Made by a program: the position numbers and the translations under genes
Notes under the pieces: model-generated
Database searches by the model: none
Told to the model about the DNA's origin: nothing
What the model saw: the letters and a program-made list of their open reading frames with translations, nothing else
From: a virus
Taxonomy: Duplodnaviria; Caudoviricetes
Virus record (IMG/VR): IMGVR_UViG_3300044837_000127
Coordinates: 1 to 53,102 of that record
DNA: 53,102 nt
Reading direction: 5' to 3' (one strand)
In this document: piece by piece, positions 47,017 to 53,102 of the stretch
Layout: each line of letters opens with the position of its first letter
Position numbering within the stretch: the stretch's first letter is position 1

Positions 47017-47149
47017 GAGACGTCCAATGCTTGCAATTTTCGCCCTTTACGCATCGCTCGTCGGCCCCGGCCCGGTTATTGAGACATGCGCGTTCCTGCC
47101 GGCCACTCGACTTTGCGTTCATCCAGGCTACCCGTGGCGGCGGGGCTAT

Positions 47150-47163
47150 TGACCGTCCCGTCA
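47150..47163. promoter_or_regulatory. TGAC-N6-GTCA palindrome upstream of candidate sRNA
   Basis: TGACCGTCCCGTCA; TTGACC-N17-TAGACG. Confidence 0.7.
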
Positions 47164-47182
47164 GTAATCGCTAGACGGTGAT

Positions 47183-47272
47183 TTGCGCGGTTTTGGCATT
47201 CCCCTTTTCCGCGCAACCTCCCTGATACTGGGGCGCCGGGTGGGCTGTTCAAAGCCCGGCGCCCCGTTTTTT
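47183..47272 (+). ncRNA. Candidate sRNA with anti-SD motif
   Basis: Promoter TTGACC-N17-TAGACG, hairpin, CCTCCC, terminator hairpin plus T6. Confidence 0.5.
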
Positions 47273-47329
47273 ATTGGCGGTTCGGCCGGCTTTGGCATAG
47301 GCTCTTGGTGACGCCAAGACCGGGAGGCA

Positions 47330-47542
47330 ATGATGCAGCTATCCGATTCCGCAATGGTCAAAGCCCGCGCGATCAAGCGGGCTCTGGAGCGGGCGCACGA
47401 AGCGCACCCCAATTCCCTTGCGCTCAACCGTCTTCATCGTGCGATGGAAAACGGGGTTTTCGAGCTCGACTTGCCCGATGATCAGCGGATCGCATTGGGC
47501 GGCGGCACGAACAAGGATGACGATGGCGACGGCGGCCCGTGA
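47330..47542 (+). CDS. Small hypothetical protein
   Basis: SD gggagg; coupled to the next gene. Confidence 0.55.
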   Translation: MMQLSDSAMVKARAIKRALERAHEAHPNSLALNRLHRAMENGVFELDLPDDQRIALGGGTNKDDDGDGGP

Positions 47543-48018
47543 CCCACTACATTTTCCTGATTTATGGCGCTCTGGCAGTCTTGGCGCTATGGTCGTCTGG
47601 TCACGATCGTGACTTGCGAGCGATCGGCATATGCCTAGTCTTGGGCTGGGCATTTTCCAATATTTTGGATTGGTCATTCCCCGCAACCGATAAGCCCGGC
47701 CCCTACACATTCATTGAGCTCATCGTTGCACTATTCGCCTATCTGGCCTGGGAGGTCCGCCAGCAACGGTCGATTCTGTTGATTTTATGTGTCAATATTG
47801 TCTCAATTTGTTCGAATATCGCCCTTGCGTTAAATAATCTTCCAGATGCGCGACATATTTACGTCCATGCACTGACTACAAATCTGTGCTTTGCCGCGGA
47901 ATGCGGGTTGGTCATGTGGATTGGGGTTGCTGATGGATATCGGATTGGGCGTTTCCATTGGCGGCCTTTTAATCGTCGGGCTTCTGCTCAACCGGGCGTT
48001 AGTGGCAAGGCGCCGTAA
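47539..48018 (+). CDS. Polytopic membrane protein
   Basis: About five hydrophobic helices. Confidence 0.7.
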   Translation: MTHYIFLIYGALAVLALWSSGHDRDLRAIGICLVLGWAFSNILDWSFPATDKPGPYTFIELIVALFAYLAWEVRQQRSILLILCVNIVSICSNIALALNNLPDARHIYVHALTTNLCFAAECGLVMWIGVADGYRIGRFHWRPFNRRASAQPGVSGKAP

Positions 48019-48023
48019 GCGCG

Positions 48024-48533
48024 ATGAGCGGCGGGATATCTGAGTGGTTTTTGTGGGTCCAAGGCTTCGGCTGGGTCGCTACTGCCACCATCGCCTCGCG
48101 CCTCTATACCACTAACAAAAAGCTTCGGATCGAAGCCGACAGCGCTGCGGCTACGGCTCGTGCCAGCGACCGCGCCAGCGATCTGGCCGTTGAGACACAT
48201 CGTGACGAATTGACCATACAGCTCCTGACCGCGGCGCGTTCAGAGTGTGAGGCGTTGCGGATCGAACTCGCGCGGCGGGGTCCGGTCAATGAAGAGCACG
48301 CCCGACATTTCATGAGCGCTCTTAATCACATTCAGGCGATCGTAATGGCCGACAACCCGGCCGAACGGAAGACCGCCGAACGGTCCGCACTCGCCTTTTT
48401 AACTAGGATGCGACGGCTGGCCGATGTGCGCGGCACGTTGGCGAACGAAGCCCAGCGGCTCCAGAGTGGCATCGGTTTGATCGATCGTAAATTGGCGGAG
48501 GGGGACACCGGAGCGGACGATGACCAAGAGTAA
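48024..48533 (+). CDS. Single-TM coiled-coil protein
   Basis: N-terminal hydrophobic segment followed by helical region. Confidence 0.6.
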   Translation: MSGGISEWFLWVQGFGWVATATIASRLYTTNKKLRIEADSAAATARASDRASDLAVETHRDELTIQLLTAARSECEALRIELARRGPVNEEHARHFMSALNHIQAIVMADNPAERKTAERSALAFLTRMRRLADVRGTLANEAQRLQSGIGLIDRKLAEGDTGADDDQE

Positions 48534-48939
48534 CTGCTCTTCCGTATCGCTAAAAAAGCACCTTTCCATGCGGGTGGACTATGTGGAAGCGGCCAGTCGC
48601 GAGCGGGACGTGGATGCAGAAAAGCGCGAGCTGGAGCGCTTCGACAATCTGACCCATATCATGACGGCCAATGCCGCGGCCCAAGCTAAGGCGGTGGATC
48701 TGGCCCTGACCGGCACCGCGGCCATGGCGGACCGATTAGCCGAAGCCAACGCCACCAGTACGGAACGCATCGTCACCCGCCTAGAGGCGGTGGAAAAGGC
48801 GATTTTGACTGGAAGTAGCCAAAAAGCGGGCGTGGAAAGCTGGTGGACCAAGGCGCGCATCAACACCGCCGCAACCATCGGATTTCTGGGTTTCCTGATT
48901 ATGGTAGGAACGAATCTCGCTATCCTTTTGCGGGGATGA
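48520..48939 (+). CDS. Coiled-coil protein with C-terminal TM
   Basis: C-terminal hydrophobic helix. Confidence 0.6.
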   Translation: MTKSNCSSVSLKKHLSMRVDYVEAASRERDVDAEKRELERFDNLTHIMTANAAAQAKAVDLALTGTAAMADRLAEANATSTERIVTRLEAVEKAILTGSSQKAGVESWWTKARINTAATIGFLGFLIMVGTNLAILLRG

Positions 48940-48946
48940 TAGACTG

Positions 48947-50305
48947 TTGGTGATGACGCTCAGCCCCGCCCTTGCCTTCGATCGCGGAAGCGTGCGCACG
49001 CTGGACGTGGACGGCCGGCTACACATCAGCGTGACCAACATCAGCAAGGCTACGGTCAATCCGTATTTGGGCAATGAGATTCCCGGCTGGCAAGCGATGG
49101 GCCTGCAACCGGATCGAATCTACCGGTTGCTGCGGTGTCCCGTGGAACTTGCCGCCGCCGCCGGCACCTTCAATAATCTGCCGATCCTGGACGTTCATAT
49201 GGCAGTGGACGCCTATGACGAAGGGAACCACCGCCCGGATATCATCATCGGATCCACCGGGACCGATGCTGCATTTGCGGACCCCTATCTGCAAAATAGC
49301 GCGGTGGTCTGGTCCAAATCGGCCATTGATGACGTCGACGCGGCTATCCGTGCCGACCAGCAGGGCCGGGAGTCCGACCGTGGCAAGCGGGAGTGGTCAT
49401 GTGCCTATCGCTACACCCCCGATATGACCCCCGGCAAATTTATGGGTTTGCCATATGATGGGGTTATGCGTAACATCATTGGTAATCACGTGGCGCTGGT
49501 CAAAGAGGGCCGGGCCGGTCCGGACGTCATGATTGGGGATTGTTCAATGAAATCTCGCATGGGTCTTTTCCTCTCCGGCGCGCTGGTCGGACTGGTCACG
49601 CCGAAGCTGGCCGCGGACGCCACGGTCAATCTGGAACCTCTGCTGGACGATATCACGGCCGACAATTTGCCCGGCCGGGCCGGCAAGCTGGCGGTTTCGA
49701 TCGCCGCGGCGGTGGAGCCGCATCTGGCCACCGATCAATCGCTGGACATGGACGATATCGTTTCCGTCATCGCGAGCGCCCAGGCCAATCCGATGGCCGC
49801 CGATGCGGAGCCGGCGCCGCCGGCCAGTCCGCCCGCGGCTGACGCGGATCCCGACGAGGATGGCGGTGCGGCGGATGCCGACCCGGACGATGACGATGAA
49901 GAGGCCAAGAAAAAGGCCGAAGACGACGCGGCTGCGGCCGGTGCTGCCGATTGCGACGACACCGCCATGGACAGTGCCACGGTTGCCACCATGATTGCCG
50001 ATGCGGTCGGGCGCGAGCGGCGCCGCGCGGCGGCCATCGCCACCGCCCGCGAAGAAGTCGCCCCGTATATCGGCGCGGTGACCGGCGCGGCGGACAGCGC
50101 GGCCGATATCTATAAGCTGGCGCTGGACGGTGCTGGCATCAACACCACCGACGTGCCGAAGACGTCTTTCCGTCACATGGTGGCGATGCTTCCGAAGCCG
50201 GGCGATACCAGCGCGACCGCCGCAGCCATGGCCACTGACGCCGCGGCCGGCTCTTCCTTCCGCAAGCGGTTCCCCCAGGCGGGCGCCCCCAGCAAGGTGA
50301 TCTAG
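48947..50305 (+). CDS. Prohead protease/scaffold (DUF2213)
   Basis: DGRLH...ISKATVNPYLG.EIP, EWSCAY, NHVALV.EGRAG; acidic C-terminal half. Confidence 0.88.
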   Translation: MVMTLSPALAFDRGSVRTLDVDGRLHISVTNISKATVNPYLGNEIPGWQAMGLQPDRIYRLLRCPVELAAAAGTFNNLPILDVHMAVDAYDEGNHRPDIIIGSTGTDAAFADPYLQNSAVVWSKSAIDDVDAAIRADQQGRESDRGKREWSCAYRYTPDMTPGKFMGLPYDGVMRNIIGNHVALVKEGRAGPDVMIGDCSMKSRMGLFLSGALVGLVTPKLAADATVNLEPLLDDITADNLPGRAGKLAVSIAAAVEPHLATDQSLDMDDIVSVIASAQANPMAADAEPAPPASPPAADADPDEDGGAADADPDDDDEEAKKKAEDDAAAAGAADCDDTAMDSATVATMIADAVGRERRRAAAIATAREEVAPYIGAVTGAADSAADIYKLALDGAGINTTDVPKTSFRHMVAMLPKPGDTSATAAAMATDAAAGSSFRKRFPQAGAPSKVI

Positions 50306-50308
50306 GCT

Positions 50309-51226
50309 ATGACCGGATTTCAGCGCGAGATTCACACCGAGCCGGCCCCTGCGGTCGACGGCGATTTTGCCAGCGCCAATCCGCGCGCTTCGATGCTGGC
50401 GGGTCCGGCCGCACTGGTCGCCGGCCCGTTGGGCGTCATCGTCGGTCGCTTCGCTCGCGCCAATTTCAACACCGGGGTGGCCACCAACGCGGATCCAGGC
50501 GTTGGTGCCTCCAGTGCGCTAGGTTTCGTCGCACGGCAGGGCAATATCGCCTCAATCATCCAATGGCTGGGCGAATCCAGTATGATGGTGATGGCCGGCC
50601 GGGAAATCACGCTTCATGCTGCGGGCGATTTCTGGACTCGCTTTGCGGCGGGCGCCACGCCGGGCCAGAAGGTCTTTGCGTCCTATGGCGACGGCACGGC
50701 TGTAGCCGGTGCGGCGGCTGGTACGGTGGCCGGCGCGGTGGTCACGGCGGTTGGCGGAGCGGTGGTTACGGGCGCCATCGCCGGCACCGTCCTGACCGTC
50801 AGCGCGGTGACCAGCGGTACGCTGGGCGTCGGCTCTGTCCTGTCCGGCACTGGCGTCACCGCCGGCACCACCATCACCGCGCTCGGCACTGGTACGGGAG
50901 GCGTGGGCACATATACGGTCACGCCCAGCCAGACCGCGGCCAGCACCACCATCACCGCCACCAATCAGATCCTGACGGTGACTGGCGTTACCAGCGGCAC
51001 GCTTGCGATCGGTCAGCCGATCAGCGGGTCCGGCGTGACGGCCGGCAGCTACATCAGCGGCCTGGGCACCGGCACCGGGGGCGTCGGCACGTACACCATC
51101 AGCGCCGCCCAGCAATTCGGCAGCGCAACGGTCACCGCTCTGGGTGGCGAAGAAACGCCTTGGTACGTCTGGTCCACGGCGCTTTCCGGCGAGCTCGCCA
51201 AGATCAGCACGGCCCCGGTGGTCTAG
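50309..51226 (+). CDS. Head decoration/cement protein with two Gly/Thr modules
   Basis: GFQ...[31 protein letters not shown]. Confidence 0.8.
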   Translation: MTGFQREIHTEPAPAVDGDFASANPRASMLAGPAALVAGPLGVIVGRFARANFNTGVATNADPGVGASSALGFVARQGNIASIIQWLGESSMMVMAGREITLHAAGDFWTRFAAGATPGQKVFASYGDGTAVAGAAAGTVAGAVVTAVGGAVVTGAIAGTVLTVSAVTSGTLGVGSVLSGTGVTAGTTITALGTGTGGVGTYTVTPSQTAASTTITATNQILTVTGVTSGTLAIGQPISGSGVTAGSYISGLGTGTGGVGTYTISAAQQFGSATVTALGGEETPWYVWSTALSGELAKISTAPVV

Positions 51227-51238
51227 GAGACGAATGGC

Positions 51239-52342
51239 ATGAACGCTCCCGCCCGCTTTCGCGATTTCCAGTCGGACCGCGGCCTTCTGGCCATGGACTG
51301 GGGCATCAACACCCAGGCCCTTGGCTATGTCGAAGACGCCTGGAAGGGCAATATCGTCGCGGCGATCGAAGCGGCCCCCGATGCCATCGGTATGGCGCTG
51401 CAGCGCGCCGCCGGCCTGGGCATGGACGCCCAGCCGCAGCTTATTACCGTTGCCAACGCCGGCATTCCGGCGTTCCTGACCAACCTGATCGACCCCCAGG
51501 TCATCCGGGTGCTGGTCGCTCCGATGCGGTCGGAAGAGATTTACGGCTCCGCCAAAAAGGGCGACTGGACGTTGCTGTCCACCCAATTCCCGATCGTGGA
51601 ATCGGCCGGCGAAGTCACCAGCTATGGCGACTTCAATAACAACGGCAACGCCAGCGCCAACATCAACTGGGTGTCGCGCCAGTCCTACCATTTCCAGACC
51701 GTCACCCAGTGGGGCGAGCGCGAGCTGGCCATGTATGGCGTGGCCCAGATCAACTATGCGTCGGAACAGAACATTGCGTCCGCGCTGGTGATCAACAAAT
51801 TCATGAACAAGGTCAATTTCTTTGGCATGTCGGGGCTGCTGCTCTACGGCGCGCTGAATGACCCCAATCTGATCGCGCCCGTTCTTCCGACCGTGAAGGC
51901 GGCCGGCGGCTATACCTGGGCGGTGGCGATCGCCGCGGAAATCTATTCCGACGTGCTGAAGCTCTATACCCAGCTCAACACCCAGATGACCGGCATTCTG
52001 GACATGAACGCCAATCTGACGCTGGCGCTGTCCACCACCATCATGCCTTATCTGCACAAGGTGTCGGCGTTCAACGTCACCGCGCTGCAAACGATCAAAG
52101 AGAATTTCCCCAATCTGCGCATCGTCGCGGCGCCGGAATTCTCGCTTCCGTCGGGCGAGCTGATGCAGCTCATTCTGAATGATGTGGACGGGGTGACCAC
52201 CACCCTGACCGCGTTCACCGAAAAGATGCGGGCCCATCCGGTCATTCCGGAGCTGTCGAGCTTCAAGCAAAAGAAGAGCGCCGGCACCTGGGGCTTCATC
52301 GGGCGCCGCCCGGTGGCCATCTCCCAAATGCAGGGAATGTGA
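51239..52342 (+). CDS. Major capsid protein (DUF2184)
   Basis: MDAQP, KKGDW, YGD, RQSYHFQT..WGERE, YGALNDPNL, QKKSAGTWG. Confidence 0.92.
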   Translation: MNAPARFRDFQSDRGLLAMDWGINTQALGYVEDAWKGNIVAAIEAAPDAIGMALQRAAGLGMDAQPQLITVANAGIPAFLTNLIDPQVIRVLVAPMRSEEIYGSAKKGDWTLLSTQFPIVESAGEVTSYGDFNNNGNASANINWVSRQSYHFQTVTQWGERELAMYGVAQINYASEQNIASALVINKFMNKVNFFGMSGLLLYGALNDPNLIAPVLPTVKAAGGYTWAVAIAAEIYSDVLKLYTQLNTQMTGILDMNANLTLALSTTIMPYLHKVSAFNVTALQTIKENFPNLRIVAAPEFSLPSGELMQLILNDVDGVTTTLTAFTEKMRAHPVIPELSSFKQKKSAGTWGFIGRRPVAISQMQGM

Positions 52343-52345
52343 TCC

Positions 52346-52747
52346 ATGGCCGATAAAGGTATCATCGCGTGCAAGCTCCCCAACGGGCTGACGATCGACC
52401 ACCGGGACGTGACGGTCACGCTGAACGGTTCCGATCATGCGTCCGCCGTCTCTGGCTACGGGCTGACGCCCGGCGTGGACGTGGAGTGGTTCCAGGATTG
52501 GGTCACGGGTCCGGCCAGGGATTTCCCGGCGGTCGCCAGAGGGCTCATTTTCCTGGCCCCAAACGAGCGTTTCGCCCAGGATCAGGCGAGCGACCAGGGC
52601 GCCCATATCGCTTCGGGCCTGGAGGGGATCGACCCCGACAACCCCGCCAAGTCGGATCCCGCGCTGGCCGGCGTGGAGCCGACCGACGAACAGCGCCGCA
52701 ACATGGGCAAGGCGCGCTCCGAAGCGGCGGGCGACAAGCTGAAATAG
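52346..52747 (+). CDS. Conserved virion-module protein
   Basis: ACKLPNGL...GYGLT.GVD...GLEGIDP. Confidence 0.7.
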   Translation: MADKGIIACKLPNGLTIDHRDVTVTLNGSDHASAVSGYGLTPGVDVEWFQDWVTGPARDFPAVARGLIFLAPNERFAQDQASDQGAHIASGLEGIDPDNPAKSDPALAGVEPTDEQRRNMGKARSEAAGDKLK

Positions 52748-52771
52748 CCCGCTGCTGGGAGGCGTGACCAT

Positions 52772-53102
52772 ATGGCCGCAGCGGTCTTTAACTACGGCCA
52801 ATGGGCGTTGCTCTATCCCAATCTGGCGCTTTGCGTCAGCGAGCCTCAGGCACAAGCATTCTTCCTTCAGGCGGGTCTGTACTGCGACAATTCCGATTGC
52901 TCGCCCATAAGTGACTTGGCCCAGCGTTTGATGCTGATGAACCTGCTGGTGGCCCATCTGGCGGAAATCAATCACCGCATCGCCCAGGGGAACGGGGGGC
53001 TGGTCGGGCCCATCCGGCAAGCGCAAGAGGGCAGCGTTTCCGTCACGGTCGCTATTCCAGACGTCCGCGGCCTTGAATTCTGGTTTCTGCAGACGCCCTA
53101 TG
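52772..53102 (+). CDS. DUF4054-like head-tail adaptor, 5' part (continues at 1..255 across the junction)
   Basis: Manual translation MAAAVFNYGQW...LLVAHLA...GPIRQAQEGSVSV...WFLQTPYG; lies just downstream of the capsid gene. Confidence 0.8.
   Translation, partial: MAAAVFNYGQWALLYPNLALCVSEPQAQAFFLQAGLYCDNSDCSPISDLAQRLMLMNLLVAHLAEINHRIAQGNGGLVGPIRQAQEGSVSVTVAIPDVRGLEFWFLQTPY
52976..53102. repeat. Terminal direct repeat, second copy
   Basis: cgcatcgcccagggg...cagacgccctatg identical to 1-127. Confidence 0.95.

Noticed and set aside
50552-53026. Long antisense ORFs (824 aa here; also 2854-4665, 26144-27445, 26896-28452)
   Set aside because: Shadow ORFs of high-GC genes on the opposite strand, with no recognisable motifs.
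1-53102. tRNA or rRNA genes
   Set aside because: No cloverleaf or rRNA signature noticed; a tRNAscan-SE run would be needed to exclude them.

Overview
This looks like a complete ~52.98 kb tailed-phage genome assembled as a circle: bases 1-127 are identical to 52976-53102. The virion module is a contractile-tail type resembling Bcep781/PB1-like myoviruses (terminases, DUF1073 portal, DUF2213 protease, DUF2184 capsid, DUF3383 sheath, baseplate J, fibres). The replication module has a family A polymerase, SSB-like protein, Cas4-like exonuclease, SF2 helicase, VRR-NUC and primase-helicase. GapR/DUF2312 and DUF3309 genes suggest an alphaproteobacterial host. I recognised no integrase, CI-type repressor or endolysin. 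Main highlights: (1) the polymerase contains a 286-aa intein whose HNH-type endonuclease is encoded in a different, overlapping reading frame and stops on a TAA inside the intein's terminal His-Asn codons; (2) the same polymerase is split by a free-standing GIY-YIG gene, and the N-terminal half ends in an SSB-type DDIPF tail; (3) both DNA methyltransferases are interrupted, one by a cargo-carrying IS1595 element without a target-site duplication and one by a G10 frameshift; (4) nine TGAC-N6-GTCA palindromes mostly overlap sigma70-like -35 boxes; (5) several candidate small structured RNAs; (6) one Gly/Thr-rich module is grafted into three different virion proteins. Family names come from motif recognition by eye, not from database searches.
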